A stretch of DNA of 64,000 nucleotides, from the IMG/VR virus record IMGVR_UViG_3300048672_000851, positions 13,495-77,494 of that record; one strand, given 5' to 3'. A model generated the notes under the pieces. It worked only from the letters and a program-made list of their open reading frames with translations. It was not told the origin of the DNA and ran no database searches. This document shows positions 24,308 to 37,900 of the stretch, one piece after another. Within the stretch, counting starts at the first letter, position 1. Each line of letters opens with the position of its first letter. This DNA comes from a virus. The position numbers were made by a program, and so were the translations under genes.

Positions 24308-26462
24308 AACAGTCCCCTATCATCCAATGTCAGAAATGCTGGTGGATGTCTTGTGTAAAAAAACACAACGACTGAACACCCAATTCTTCAGGGTACAGGT
24401 AGCCTACTTCCTCGGTAAAATGGCTTCTATGATGCGCTGTAGCGTTCAATCGACTACCCGCAACACTATCCCTGTAAACGTCTATGCCATTAACCTAGCG
24501 CCTTCTGGCTCTGGTAAAGGCCATTCGACAAACATCATTGAACGGGAGATTATCAACGGGTTTCGGGATGCTTTCCTGTCTACGGTATTCGAGGAAATCA
24601 AGGATATTAACCTTGCTACGATTGCCCTAGACCGTCATTCCAAGACGGGGAAAGACCAAGATGCGATCTTAAAGACTCTGCAAGGTGAGTATGTCAATGC
24701 GGGGAATATGGCCTTCTCATTCGATAGCGCCACTCCTGCTGCAATCAAGCAACTACGCCATAAATTACTATTGGCTGGTGCTGGATCACTCTGTTTAGAG
24801 ATTGACGAAATTGGTTCTAACTTGATTGGTAACACCGATGTTCTGAACACCTTTATGGAGTTGTATGACATTGGAACCATCAAACAAAAGTTAACCAAAA
24901 ACACCAACGATAACACTCGTTCAGAAGAAATTGTAGGTAGTACACCAGCCAATACATTATGGTTCGGTACACCCGCTAAATTAATGGATGGAGCCAAAGT
25001 AGAAGAAACCTTAATGGAATTCTTTGAAACTGGCTTTGCTCGTCGTTGTATGGTGAGTTACACACGTAAAAACGAACGAATGAGAGATATGAGCAGTCAA
25101 GATATTATTGACATGCTTAATGACCCTCAGTTAGCAGCATCCATTAGTTTACTTCACAATCACTTCACCAGCTTAGCTACTACAAATAACTTCAACAAAG
25201 TAATCATTGTTCCTAATGATGTTGAAACTTTGCTAGTTGAGTATCATCAAATGTGCGAAAGCATTGCAGATGATATGAAAGAACATGAAGAAATTCGTAA
25301 AGCAGAAATTGCACATCGTTATTTCAAAGTGTTAAAGCTTGCTGGTATCTATGCATTTATTGATGGATCAAACGTAGTATCTGAAGACAACTTGTATGCA
25401 GCTATTCGTTTAGTTGAAGATTGTGGTGAATCATTTAAAGCATTGTTAAGTCGTGATCGAGCTTACGTTAAATTAGCAAAGTACATTGCTGATGTAGGTA
25501 CTCAAGTCACTCATGCTGATATGGTTGAAGAATTACCTTTCTTTAAAGGTTCTCAAGCAGCTAAGCAAGAAATGATGACCTTAGCAATCGCATGGGGGTA
25601 TAAAAACAATATCATTATCAAGAAATCATTTGAAAGTGGTATTGAGTTCCTATCTGGTGAATCAATCAAAGAAACTGACATTAGTAAGATGTTAATTGCT
25701 TACAGTCGTGATTTAGTTGATAAGTATAGTCGTGCTGAAGTTAAATTCTTCGGTATGAAAAAGTTTTTGATGAACAATCATCTTCATTTCGTAAACCATG
25801 ACTTAAAAGATGGCTATCGTGACGAAGATCACATCATTCCCGGATTCAACATGCTTATTCTGGATGTTGATGGAACTACTACAATCCAAACAGCACAATT
25901 GCTGTTAAAAGACTTGATGCATGTGATTTATACAACTAAATCGCATACACCTACTGACCATCGTTTCAGAATTCTACTTCCAATGAGCCATGTGTTAAAG
26001 CTGGATTCAAAAGAGTACAAAGAATTCATGGACAACGTGTTTGAATGGTTGCCATTCCAAGTAGACACTCAAACTTCACAACGTTCGCGTAAGTGGAGAA
26101 CTTGGAAAGGTGATTACTATGAAAACAAGCATGGTGAGTTGTTTAACGTATTGCCGTTTATTCCTAAAACAGCACAGAACGAAGAACGTAAGAAAGCAAT
26201 TCTGGATACTCAATCTCTGACTAATTTAGAGCGTTGGTTCATTCAGAAGACTGGTAACGGTAATCGTAACGGTCAATTGCTCAAATACGCTTTACTTTGT
26301 GTTGACCAAGGGTATGATTACCACTCTACTCTGAAAGCTGTTCAACAGCTTAACGAGAAGTTGCAAGATCCAATTTCTGACCAAGAAATCCTGACTACCG
26401 TTATGGTAACTGCTGGTAAACGCATCTCTGAAAACCAAGATAAGGTAAACGATGAACAATAA
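24294..26462 (+). CDS. DNA primase/helicase (N4 gp43-like)
   Basis: APSGSGKG P-loop, EIDEIG; AEP-like LDVD, YTTKSH..RFRI; C-terminal GNRNGQL. Confidence 0.88.
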   Translation: MKDLKTVPYHPMSEMLVDVLCKKTQRLNTQFFRVQVAYFLGKMASMMRCSVQSTTRNTIPVNVYAINLAPSGSGKGHSTNIIEREIINGFRDAFLSTVFEEIKDINLATIALDRHSKTGKDQDAILKTLQGEYVNAGNMAFSFDSATPAAIKQLRHKLLLAGAGSLCLEIDEIGSNLIGNTDVLNTFMELYDIGTIKQKLTKNTNDNTRSEEIVGSTPANTLWFGTPAKLMDGAKVEETLMEFFETGFARRCMVSYTRKNERMRDMSSQDIIDMLNDPQLAASISLLHNHFTSLATTNNFNKVIIVPNDVETLLVEYHQMCESIADDMKEHEEIRKAEIAHRYFKVLKLAGIYAFIDGSNVVSEDNLYAAIRLVEDCGESFKALLSRDRAYVKLAKYIADVGTQVTHADMVEELPFFKGSQAAKQEMMTLAIAWGYKNNIIIKKSFESGIEFLSGESIKETDISKMLIAYSRDLVDKYSRAEVKFFGMKKFLMNNHLHFVNHDLKDGYRDEDHIIPGFNMLILDVDGTTTIQTAQLLLKDLMHVIYTTKSHTPTDHRFRILLPMSHVLKLDSKEYKEFMDNVFEWLPFQVDTQTSQRSRKWRTWKGDYYENKHGELFNVLPFIPKTAQNEERKKAILDTQSLTNLERWFIQKTGNGNRNGQLLKYALLCVDQGYDYHSTLKAVQQLNEKLQDPISDQEILTTVMVTAGKRISENQDKVNDEQ

Positions 26463-27189
26463 CATTATTCTTGTTAGTGGTTCCTCTGGCACTGGTAAAT
26501 CCATGTGTCTTAGGAACTTAGAAGATCCTGAAGGTGTTTTGTATCTAAACTGTGAATCCAATAAAGGCTTGCCCTTCCAACGTGGTTCACTGTTCAAGAG
26601 TAAAACCATTCAAGATCCATACAAGGTTTACGATTACTTGAACCAAGCTGTTCAACACTCAGGCAAGATTCATACAGTTGCTATTGATACTGTAACTATG
26701 CTTATGGATATGTTTGAATCCAAGTACGTATTAACTTCAGCTAACACTCAAAAAGCTTGGGGCGATTACGCTCAATACTTTATCTCATTAATGCAAGATT
26801 TCGTTGCTGCTATGCCACAACGTGTAATCATGTTAGGACACACTGCTGAAGTTCTTAATGAAGATAAGATTTCTCAAATCGTAGTTAAAGTAAAAGGTTC
26901 ATTGATGAACCGTGGTATTGAAGCTTATTTTTCTAATGTAATTTCAACTAAGCGTATGCCGCTGAAAAAGTTGGAACCATACATGAACAACAATCCGCTT
27001 CTTACTTTATCACCTAAAGAACAAGCTTTAGAGTTCAAACACGTTTTCCAAACCAATTTAACCAAAGATACGATTAATGAGCGTATTCGTGGCCCTGAAG
27101 AACCTCCAATGTGGTCTTTAGAAGAAACGTTCATTAACAACGACATTGAATTAGTCTTACAAAGACTGAAGAAATACTACGCTGTATAA
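26452..27189 (+). CDS. Sak4-like AAA ATPase / recombinase (N4 gp44-like)
   Basis: GSSGTGKS, LNCE, IDTVT, WGDYAQY. Confidence 0.85.
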   Translation: MNNNIILVSGSSGTGKSMCLRNLEDPEGVLYLNCESNKGLPFQRGSLFKSKTIQDPYKVYDYLNQAVQHSGKIHTVAIDTVTMLMDMFESKYVLTSANTQKAWGDYAQYFISLMQDFVAAMPQRVIMLGHTAEVLNEDKISQIVVKVKGSLMNRGIEAYFSNVISTKRMPLKKLEPYMNNNPLLTLSPKEQALEFKHVFQTNLTKDTINERIRGPEEPPMWSLEETFINNDIELVLQRLKKYYAV

Positions 27190-27203
27190 CCGGAGATACA
27201 AAC

Positions 27204-27968
27204 ATGTCTTTACTTAAAAAATCTGCTGCCATTGGTAGCGATGTTAAAAACACGAAAGAACAAGACCGCTTAGGTGGTACTTCTGTCAAAGAAACTGATG
27301 TTTACGCTGCTACTATTGACTCCATGTACATGACCCAAGCTAAGTCAGGTGCAGTTGGTGTAGTACTGAACCTCAATTTCAAAGATGGCTCAAAGTTCTC
27401 TGAAACTATGTATATCACCAACAAAAACGGTGAAAACACATACAAGAACAAAAGCACTGGTGAACTCGAATTACTTCCGGGTTTACTGATGTTGGATTCT
27501 CTGTCTCAGATGTTAATCGGCAAACCACTTGCTGATAATGATTCTGAAGAACGTAAACTGGACATTTACGATTATGAATCTAAAGCAACTCGTCCTACTG
27601 CTGTTGAATGTTTGGTTGATTTCTTCAAAAAAGAAGTTCAAGTTGCACTTGTCAAAGTACGTGCAAACAAACAAGTCAAAGGTGATGGTGGTTATGTTGA
27701 TTCTCCTGATGAACGTTTCTTTAACCGTATCGAAAAGTTCTTCAATGCTGATGGTCAAACCAACACTGAACAGCAAGCCAAAGTTCCAGCTAATTTCATT
27801 AACCAATGGTTAGAAAAGAACAAAGGCAAATTACGTGATGAATACAAGCAAGTTGCTGGTGTTCAATCAGGTGCTCCTGCTCAACGTAAGCCTATCACTC
27901 CACCAGCCACTCCTGCGGCTGCTGGTGCAGCTTCATCTGATGACGATGATCTGTTTGGTGAAGACTAA
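27204..27968 (+). CDS. ssb: single-stranded DNA-binding protein (N4 gp45-like)
   Basis: EQDRLGG start, LLPG, N.IEKFF; synteny after gp44; flexible C-terminal tail. Confidence 0.85.
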   Translation: MSLLKKSAAIGSDVKNTKEQDRLGGTSVKETDVYAATIDSMYMTQAKSGAVGVVLNLNFKDGSKFSETMYITNKNGENTYKNKSTGELELLPGLLMLDSLSQMLIGKPLADNDSEERKLDIYDYESKATRPTAVECLVDFFKKEVQVALVKVRANKQVKGDGGYVDSPDERFFNRIEKFFNADGQTNTEQQAKVPANFINQWLEKNKGKLRDEYKQVAGVQSGAPAQRKPITPPATPAAAGAASSDDDDLFGED

Positions 27969-28001
27969 TAGAAGGGGCTGTGCCCCTTCCTATGAGGTTC
28001 T

Positions 28002-28568
28002 ATGAGCATTATTAAAGTTGTCGGTCTTGATCCATCCATGAATAACTTTGGCATGGTAAAAGCCGATTTAAATTTAGATACTTTGGATCTAACTAACGTT
28101 GAACTTCTTCTTTCACAACCAGTAATTGAAGAAACTAAAACTGTTAGACAAAACTCCAAAGATTTAGAGAAGGCTAAACAGCATTGGGAGAAGCTACAAT
28201 CGTTTATCCCTGCTGAAGCTATTGTGTTCGTAGAAGTGCCAGTAGGAAGCCAATCAGCTAGAGCTATGGCTTCTTATGGTATGTGTATCGGTGTTCTAGG
28301 TTGTATTTCTAACAATATGATCCAAGTAACACCACTTGAAGTTAAATTAGCTGCTGTTGGATCAAAAACTGCTACCAAAGCAGAAATGATCGAATGGGCA
28401 ACTAATAAATATTTGTCTGCAAAATGGTTGACTACAAAACGTAATGGTGTAATATCTTTTACAGACAAAAACGAGCATTTAGCTGATGCATTAGGTGCAA
28501 TCCATGCAGGGCTAAAAACTCAAGAGTTTAAAACCCAACTATCATTCCGAAGGAAAACATCATGTTGA
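28002..28568 (+). CDS. RuvC-like Holliday junction resolvase (N4 gp46-like)
   Basis: VGLDPS, VFVEVPVGSQSARA, ATKAEMIEWA, EHLADA. Confidence 0.85.
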   Translation: MSIIKVVGLDPSMNNFGMVKADLNLDTLDLTNVELLLSQPVIEETKTVRQNSKDLEKAKQHWEKLQSFIPAEAIVFVEVPVGSQSARAMASYGMCIGVLGCISNNMIQVTPLEVKLAAVGSKTATKAEMIEWATNKYLSAKWLTTKRNGVISFTDKNEHLADALGAIHAGLKTQEFKTQLSFRRKTSC

Positions 28569-28807
28569 AATTATCTTTAGACAAAACCGCTGTTGAAGTT
28601 GCTGTTCGTGCTCACTTGGCTGCCAAATTCCCAGCACTGGTTACTCCAGAAGCAAACATTGCAATCAAAATCGTTGTTGGCAAAGGCGAAGTAACTGGCG
28701 TTGACATCGCAGTAGGCGAAACTGACGAAGATCTGTCTGCTTTCAATGCACCGAAGCCAGTTGTTAAGCGTGGCGGTCGTAAAGCGAAAGCCGCTGCTGC
28801 TGAGTAA
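28562..28807 (+). CDS. small hypothetical protein with basic tail
   Basis: SD AAGGA; KPVVKRGGRKAKA tail. Confidence 0.75.
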   Translation: MLKLSLDKTAVEVAVRAHLAAKFPALVTPEANIAIKIVVGKGEVTGVDIAVGETDEDLSAFNAPKPVVKRGGRKAKAAAAE

Positions 28808-28812
28808 TCAGT

Positions 28813-28965
28813 ATGCAACGAATTAAGGCCGCATTTGCGGCCTTTTTTATTGCTATTGCATTTGTAGCTTGGCCTTTGTTCTTAACTGCAACCTGTGTTG
28901 GCATTATATTTTATGTCATTTACAGATTAATCAGAGAAGAACAAAAGTCAAAAACTGAAGATTAG
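28813..28965 (+). CDS. 50-aa membrane protein, not in ORF track
   Basis: Hand translation MQRIKAAFAAFFIAIAFVAWPLFLTATCVGIIFYVIYRLIREEQKSKTED; fills the gap to the vRNAP stop. Confidence 0.5.
   Translation: MQRIKAAFAAFFIAIAFVAWPLFLTATCVGIIFYVIYRLIREEQKSKTED
28825..28848 (+). terminator. intrinsic terminator ending the + strand replication operon
   Basis: aaggccgca/tgcggcctt stem plus T run. Confidence 0.75.
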
Positions 28966-28968
28966 CGG

Positions 28969-31900
28969 CTATTTGATAGCCGCTAGTGTTAGAGTTTCCC
29001 CAATTGCTGACAAGATAATCTCGATAGCATTAGTTAAACGGTTTAGTAAGTTTTCTAATGTCAGCATTGTATCGTATGGATCTTCAATATCCCCTAAACC
29101 ATACTGGCTTACAGCAGAGAACAGTACAGTTAATGGTTTATCAATTGCCAATTTCACTAATACTTTCTGAGCACGTAAAATGTACTTAGTAAAGATCATA
29201 AAACCAATCTTATTAAACATACTTATTAATGGGTGTGTAGCATAGTCATAGTCTACATAAGTTTCCATTACATCATCTAAGTTTTGTTTATCCTCCATCC
29301 CTTCCTCTTTATTGTGCATATAAAGAGCGTATCTAGCAGTAAAATCACCCATCTGAACCATCTTAAACATTAATTTGTAAAGACGAGTATCATGAGTCAT
29401 TAAACCAGTCTTAACCAAATCAGTGATTACATCTGGAACTTTATCAGTTACATTTTTGAACTTATCCATCAATTCAGTAGAGTAACTAAACAAGTCATTC
29501 TCAGAATCCATGTCTTCTACAACAGTCTGGAATACACCATTCTTAATTAAGAAGTGGACTGGATTAGAATGTACTACTCCTTCCAACTCTAGTTTACGTG
29601 ATATGGCTTCCTTACGTTCTTCATCACTTAAATTTTTAGCTTCTAATTGTAAGTTTAACTGGTCAATTTCATGAACCATACGCATATACTGGTTCGTGTA
29701 GTTAAACCCTTCAATCATTCTGGTAATAGTTTTTACTAAGCTGCCTGTTTTCATAGAAGTCAGCAATACGTTTGACATAATGTTTGCTAAACCAGTAACA
29801 CCAGATTTAACTACAATAATGTCTTTGGCCATACGCAACGCTTCATAAGTCATATCTTCGTAGCGCATAAATTTAGAATTACGAGCTAACTTATCCATTG
29901 ACTCAGTAAATGCATTATTAAAACGTTTATGCATAGACTCAGTTAAGTCATTAACTCTCAGTTCTCTAAAACCAAATACATCATTAATGCTTCTGGCTCT
30001 GACATACATACCTTCTTCACCCCAAGTATCTTTAATAGCTAATTGGGTATCGAAAGGTAATTTATGCCATAGTTCACGCATTTTAGGGTCAGTAGACTGT
30101 CTACCAATAAACACATACTGTTTAAATTCACCTGCTCTATCTTTATACTTATCAAAATCCTTTTTAAGTGAATTAACAGCTAATCTGTTTAACAGTTTAG
30201 TGTTTACCTTATCTTTAGAGTGAGCCATTGTAACGCCAATGGTTTCCGCAAATGAAGGTTGTAACTTCAATACATCCACTCTTGTTTTGTGCAGCATTTC
30301 ATAACGGTAGTTAACTACTTTACCTTTATCAGTGTACACTGGGTTAGCTACGTTAACTTCCTTAGTAAAGTTACCTTTTAACTGTTCTTCAATTTCACGC
30401 ATGGCATTATCTTTGTAAGTTTTAATATCATTTTTACCAGTAATGAAATTTTGTACTGAACCAGTTCCATTTAAGTTAGCTACATCAATTAAATCAGTAC
30501 CACTTGCTGTTTCAGAAGTGAACGACATAACACCAGCATTCAAGGTAGCTAAACCACCTACAGGATCAACCAATACATACATTTCTGTAGAATTAGGATC
30601 TAACGGGTCTTTAGGAATTGGATTTTCATAAACCAACTCTTTACCTTGTGCAACTAGTTGATCAACTTCATCCTGATTATGTGCAAAGATTAAGCTACGT
30701 TTAGGATGCGTAATATCAGTTACATAACCTTTCTTAGTTTGGGTTTTATTATTACCAAACAAGAATTGATTAGAGTACTGAACAGATTTAGCTTGTAAAG
30801 CAACTGAGCCTTCAAAAGCTTCTCTGTTATTAGCAGCCAATTCACTAAGTTCTTTACGTTTACCAGAAAACTTCAGTGCATAAATAGAAGCCAATTCATC
30901 AATGATTTTCTCAGCTAGCTTCTTATCACCATTAGTTTTACCAATACCCATTGTAGTTTTCAAACTAGCAATCAAGTAAGCATTGTTAGCAGAACAGTTA
31001 ATTAAATGCTTATCTGTTTGCATATAATGACCTAAACTTGAAGCATGTTCCTTGTAGTAATTAGCAATTTCTGGTTCAAAGTTGTCATCTAATTGTTTTT
31101 TCAACTCAACAATACGAGCATTCAAATTTTTATCTGACTCTATTAATTGAACCAGTTGATCAAATGTGTAATCTCCTTCGCGTACAAACCAACTCAAGTC
31201 AGATTTCATAACACCATAGTACAATGCTTCATCTGTAGCTTTGCTCAAGTTACCTTTAAACAAATCTTGTACTACAAACTTTTTAAGGTTAGTTCTTACG
31301 TTAATACGCATAGCATCAATGTAACGTTGAGATACCTGACGCAAGTTATGCACTACACTAGTACGTTCATTTCTACCCTGAATTTCACGACCAGCAGCAG
31401 CTAAAATAGCTTGTTCATCGTGAATCAGTTTACTCATTTGAGTATCAATTACTTCGCTAATAGATTTACTGTTAGCATGACCCAAGTGCATTAAAGATTT
31501 AGTCAACTTATTCAGAATATAAACAGGGAATCCAGTAACAGTGTTTGGATTAGCGTTGTTAGTTGCAATTGCAACCTTTCTCATAGGTTCTGATGTTAAA
31601 CTTCTCTTAATTGCATCTTTAGTTTTGTTATTTAAATCAAACTTACCTTCATAAGAAGAAATTGTATTTAACAAGTTCTTTTCTTGTGTTTGGGTCATTT
31701 GCTCCATTAACTTCATAGCTTTCTGGTGAGCATTACTACCTTTAGGATTAGTAAAGTAATCTTGAATTACATTCATGTATTCAAAGATTCTACTAACTAA
31801 CTCAACTACAAAGTTACCTGCTTGTATTACAAAACTAGACTTAGCATTAGAAGGAGTAGGTTCATACTTCCTGCCTTTATTAAATGCAGCATTCAATTCT

Positions 31901-34900
31901 TTATTTGTTTCTAAGATACGAATAAAGTTTTGATTAGTTGCAACATGAGCTAAGAATTCAGAGAATCCGTTGTGCTTAGTCTCTTTTTCTTTTACACCTG
32001 TAATTGGGTTAGCCACAATACGAGTGCTTGATTCAGTGTTATAAAACACGTAATCATACATCTTTTGTGCATCTTCAATTTGTTCTTGAGTTGGGTTAGC
32101 AATCTTATTGCCATTAGCATCAAACTCAATTAAGTCTTCTGGCTTAATGTGTTGACGAGCTAACTCATACAGGAAGCGTAAGCGTTCTGTATGCTTGTTC
32201 TTAAAGTCTACAAACGGTTCTAAGATGTGGTGGATCATCTCATGAGCGAATGTCTCAGCATCGCTCATACCACGCCGCATCAACGCTGGTACAGTCTTAA
32301 GCTTCAATCGAGCCGTCTTAGTTTCTTCGGAGTAATCACCTCTAGTCCGGTCAGTACCCTTGGCCAATAGGACTGTTACTGGCTCCATGACTTTACCTAC
32401 CTGCTCTATAACAGCCTTCAATCGCTCCATATGCTCAGTATTAGTTGGGGTAATATCTTGAGCCTGTAAGTCCTCTAAGGTCTGTAAAGTTTGATCTGTA
32501 GTGGTAAGAATCTTTGATCCAATAGTAGTAAATGTACCCATCTTATCCGCAGACGAACCCAGAGAATTCTTGATTTCTTCCTGAATGTTTAAGTAGTTAT
32601 CTTGAGTTGAATCTAACTCAGGTCTATCAATTGCATTCTGCTCATACACGACACCAGATAAACCGTATTGACCAAATGAACCAATTTCGTCTATCAGCTT
32701 TTGTTTTACTTCTTTGTTGTCAATTCCTTTACTTGCTCTTGCATCAATGAGTGTCATTACATACTTAAGACCCTTTAAGCCACTAAAAACAACTTCATTG
32801 GTGCCATAACCTTCCGACATTTCAAAGACGTTTTCTAAGTAATGCTTAGTCTTAGCATCAGCATTCTTTAAGTAATTAGACACAGCAAAACTAAAATCAC
32901 TGGCCATGTCATAAACACTTTCAGAAATACTGAACTTTTCATTCACTTCTTTAAAGATTTGGTTCATGCGAATAATAGCTGCTTCAGCATCTTTAGGAGC
33001 TACTAATACAGCATCGTTCAAGTTATAGATGTTAAACTCAGCCATCATTTCACTGATAACAGCAGCATCTAAATTATGGATTAATACTGGAGCTACACCA
33101 ATCTTGTTATTACCCCAAAACATTAAGTTATCCATTTCAGGAACAATTGGTGCTGATTTAACTTCACCAACAGTACCATTCTTATTAAACACTAATGGAT
33201 TTAATGGATTAAAACTAATTTTACCTATGGTGTTTTTACCAAACAGTAATTCTCTTGGGTTAACTACCACATTCTGTAAACTGATGCCTTTACTATTAGC
33301 TGCTGCTTGCATTACGTTGCCAAAGTAACGAGCTAAGTAACCTTCTTTAAAACCATTGTTTTCTGCAATGTTAGCATCATTAACAAAACCAGACTTCTCC
33401 ATCCAGTCTTCTCTATCAGAGTAAACTGGTTCAGAAGCGTAACCTTTGAAAGAAGGAACCATTTCTTTTATGGATTCCATAATTTCTTTGTGTGCTTCTT
33501 TAGACACATGGTAAATACCTTGGTCTTTAACCTTGTTAAGATACTTACGTACTTCTACATGGTAAATAACACCAAATACTTCATTAATTTTATATACAAC
33601 GTCGTTTACTGCACTACGAGCATTATGTAATTCAGGGAATGTCTCTTGCATAGTTGTATTAAGCAAGGAACCATAAGTAAACTGAATTGCAACAGCAAAC
33701 TTATCAAATTGCTCTTGTGTGAGCATGAAAGTATTAGCGTGGTTAATGTCAGCTTTTAAATTAACATTCAAAATAGCAGACATATTGCTTAAATAAGCTT
33801 TGTATTGCTTACTGATTTCTGCACGTTCTTGCTGTGTATTTACTTCACTGTACTTGTCTTTAAACTTAGCCAGTTCACTATAGAAATTATCTACAGCTTC
33901 AGTAGCAAAGTTACGTGCAATAGAAGCTCTACCAGCATTGTAGTTCCATGTCATTAAAGGAGATTTAGCGTAGTTACGCCCAGCTTTAGTTACTTTACCT
34001 TCAGCATCAACTAAATCACCTACTAATGTAGAAATTGCTTTTAGTTTTTCTTTGAACTTGTAATTCTTAGTTAGTTCTAAACTAACAAGGATTTCTTCTT
34101 CCTTAGTACGATTAGGTTTCTTGCTGATTTTATAAATGTCTTTAGCCAGCTTATTAATTTGTAAATCATCGCTAACCATATCATTAAGGTTCTTAGCGAT
34201 TAACTGATAACTATCCATTGCACCTTGGCCATAGTATTCAGCCAAATCACGAAATCCAGACAATACGCCAGTTCTGTTAAGCTGCTCTTTATAATCAGCA
34301 GTAATACCTCTTACGTATTGAATCAAACTGAAAGCAAAACCGTTAGTTTTACCATCCACTTCTAATGTCAAATCAGAAGTAAATTTACCGTTACTACGTA
34401 AGCCTTGACGATAATTAGCTAATGCTTTTAAGCCAGCTAATAAATGTAGTTTGGTTCCATATTTTTCATTTAGAGCCAAAATAGATTTAATATTTACTAC
34501 TTCGCCTTTAGACAAAGTATCGACTTCATCAAGAGCTTTTTGAACCAAATCTGATTCATAAATATCTTTAAACTCTTGTTTAATTCTTTCTGGACTCCAT
34601 ACGTCAATCTTGCCATCAAAAGCAGCAACAACAGCATGTACAAAGAAGCCTAAGTTATTTACATCGTATTCTGTTTTCCAGTTAGCATTGCTGACTAACC
34701 AACGATGCACTTTAGACTGCATAGTATCAATCTTGTTTGCAATACCGTATCGACGGTTAGCATAAGTAACATTTTCCAAGAAGAAAGTTTTTAAACCCAT
34801 CTTCATTAGATTTTTAAATGTTTGGATCTCTTGCTTAATACCATCACCAGCAGCTTCAGCACTTTCTTTAGCAGTAATATGACTCTTTTCAAATTTTACA

Positions 34901-37900
34901 CCATGAGTACCAGAAGCTAATTGTTGTTGTTGTAATTCATCCATATTCATGAATACATCTGCAACATCAGCAATAGTGTGTGGTTGTTCATTCTGTCTTT
35001 GTAGTTTATTTACCAAATCAGCAGGCAGTTTTTTATTGCTACGTTTAATTTTATTAGTAGCTTTTACTGGTTTACGATGAACAATAGATTTACTTAAGTC
35101 TTCACCAGCAAATAGACTATCAATTATTTCACCATTAACAGCTAAGCCATTAATTGCAATTTGAGTATCTTCATACAACTCAGAACCCGGTTTAATGCGA
35201 ATAAAGTTCACATCATCATTACGTGCTCTGTTTTGTTTGTTCTGGCTTGTTTGGTTGGCTTCTTTAACTAAGTATGAATCCAATGAAACCTTATTTACTT
35301 CGAACAAACCCATTTCAACCATAGTGTAAAGAGCAGCTAAGCCTAAACCAGTTACTAACTTCTCTTTACCAAATTCAATTCCTTCCACAGAAATGCCAAT
35401 CATATCAACTACACGTTGACCAATTTCATCAGCATACATATAGACAGGAGTGCCTTTATCGCGTAAAGCCTTAGCTACTACTGCATCTACTGGTTTTTTT
35501 TCTTTCTTCTTCTGAATAAGGTTAATTGTTTTGTCATCATTCAAAATAGAAGTTAAAGTTGAATTGTTATTTAATTCAACTAAAGCAGCATAACCTAGAG
35601 CAGTACTGATATTTTCATTCAGCACTAAATTACCTTTAGTATCTTCTTCTAAGAACATAGCTAATGGATTTTGAGTTCTGAAGTAATCACTCAGCGTATC
35701 TTTACCTGATTTATCTTTAAAAGATAAAGCAATTTTAGCTGATAATGATTTATTGAACTTATTCACAAAATGAACAGCATAAGAAACATCTTCTAGATGT
35801 TCTTCTTTTATCTTGTTCTCACCTAAAATGTAACGTAATACATGACTATCTTTCTTGAGTTCGTCTTTAATAGTACTCAAGAAATTAGGAATGTTAGTTA
35901 GGTTATTGCTGATCTTTTTGTTGTTAACCTTAAATGCTGAACCAAGCTTATTCAATGTTTCAAACATCTTGTCAAAAACACCTTCAGGCTTAGTAATACC
36001 AGCAAGTAAATTCTCACTGTTATTTTCTTCTTCAAGAATAGAAGTCAATAATGCTTCAGCACTAGAGTTGTTTAATTCAACTAATGCTTTCTCATGTAAT
36101 AACTGAGTTTCACTTGAATAGTTAGATACATCTAAATTAGACAGCAGATTTTTCAATTCTAACTTAGTTTGTCTTACTACTTTAGTATCAATACCACCTT
36201 TTAAATCACCACTCAGATTTTTATATTCTTTAAGGAATTTAAGAGTATTCACATTCTTTGGTTTCAGTCTTGCTCGTTTAGCTTTTTCTTCTGCTTTAAT
36301 TTCTTCTTGTTCAGCAGCAATTTTATCAGCTTTACGCTTGTCTACTCGTGCTTTGATTTCATCAAAGTTAACTTTACCAGCAGTTACAGATTTTAATGTA
36401 ACTGGGTCTTGTTCTGGCAAATCTACAGTAGGTTCTTCTTGTGTGTCTTCTACTACAGGAGCAGATTCTACTTTTACTGGCTCTTTGGCCACTATAGATT
36501 CTACTTTAGGTTGTTCAACCACTGGACTTACAGAAGCTTCCATTACTGTGTTGTCTTTAACACCTAGAATACCTGACATATATTTATGAGCAGCATCAAT
36601 AATTGGTTTTTCAATTACCAAGTTATTGTACATTTCTCTTTGTTTATCGGATGCTCTGTTAGCATCAATAAAAGACTTAACAGAAGCTAATGTAGAATCT
36701 GTTCTGTTCTTTAGCTTAGTTACACGTTCATAAGTATTCTTAGACCAAGTATCATTCTTCTCAGCTAAACTTGTGTTAAAGCTGTTCATCAAGTCTTTAA
36801 TGCTACGAATTTGCTTAGCTCTCCCAGCATCTTCGTTATTACCTAAAATATCTTTACTTACTTCATTTGTACTTCTTTCATCAAATAAAGATTTGTACTC
36901 ACGATAAGCATCAACTGTTTCTTGTACTTGTGCTCTGATATTTTCATCAGGAATTTTGTTAATGTCATCATCAGAGAACGAATCAATACTAGAGCCAAGC
37001 TTTCTAAATAAACCTCCTGCAACTTTATCCATTTCTGGATCATTGCTCTTAAAGTTCTGGAATTGTTTTTTCAGAGTTTCAACACTTAAGTCTGAGTTGT
37101 TGAATCGCAAAACAATGTGTTTTACGTTAGCTACAATGTCATCATAATCAGATTTAGCATTAACTAATTCTTCTTCTAGCTTAGCTTTTTCATCTTCAGA
37201 AACAGAAGCATCCTCTAATTGTTTTTGGATTTCTTCTGTTCTAGTTTCTAAATTTGTTTTAGCTTCTTCACGTAATTCAATTGCAGTAGCAGCTAATTCC
37301 TCAAAATCTTTTTTCTTTGTGATTTCTCTAGACAATACTGTTTTAGAAGATAAAGCTTGGATTTTATCTTTAATTGGAGCATCCAGTTTTACAATAGCTT
37401 CCTTGTCATTTTTATCTAATAATTCAATGACTTTACTAAATACTTCTGGATTAGCGACTTCTGATTTTTCCTTCTCATAAGCCTTACTTTCAGCACGTTT
37501 TTCTAACTTGTCTGAAACAGCCCCTAAAGCCTTCTTAGCCATTTGTCCGGCTACTGGGGCTTCGGCTAGGGTAGTAGTTGCACCCGCTGTAATACCGCCT
37601 GCCAGAGCACCATAAGCAGCAGCATCACCAGTGCCTTTATATAGGTCTTGATCAGGATTAGTAGTTACTTGTTCAGCCTTGTTCTGGCCAACAGCACCAC
37701 CGATACTTTCAGCAGCTTCCTGAACACCTTCAGCAAGCGTACTACCAGCCACTTTGCCAGTACTACGAAGAAGACCCTTCTCAGTACCTGTATCAACCAA
37801 TAGACCGAAGCCTGAGCCTTCCAGCTTGCCTGTACGAGCTAACTTGGTACTGGCCAATGACACTAAGGCAGAGATTGATCCAGCATTAACAAATGCTCTT

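Noticed and set aside
27971-27989. Hairpin after ssb as a terminator
   Set aside because: Strong stem but no U tract; more likely a stability or processing hairpin
32242-32268. 8-bp inverted repeat ATGAGCGA/TCGCTCAT in the vRNAP gene
   Set aside because: Short, lacks the GA/GA head of the other hairpins, and could arise by chance
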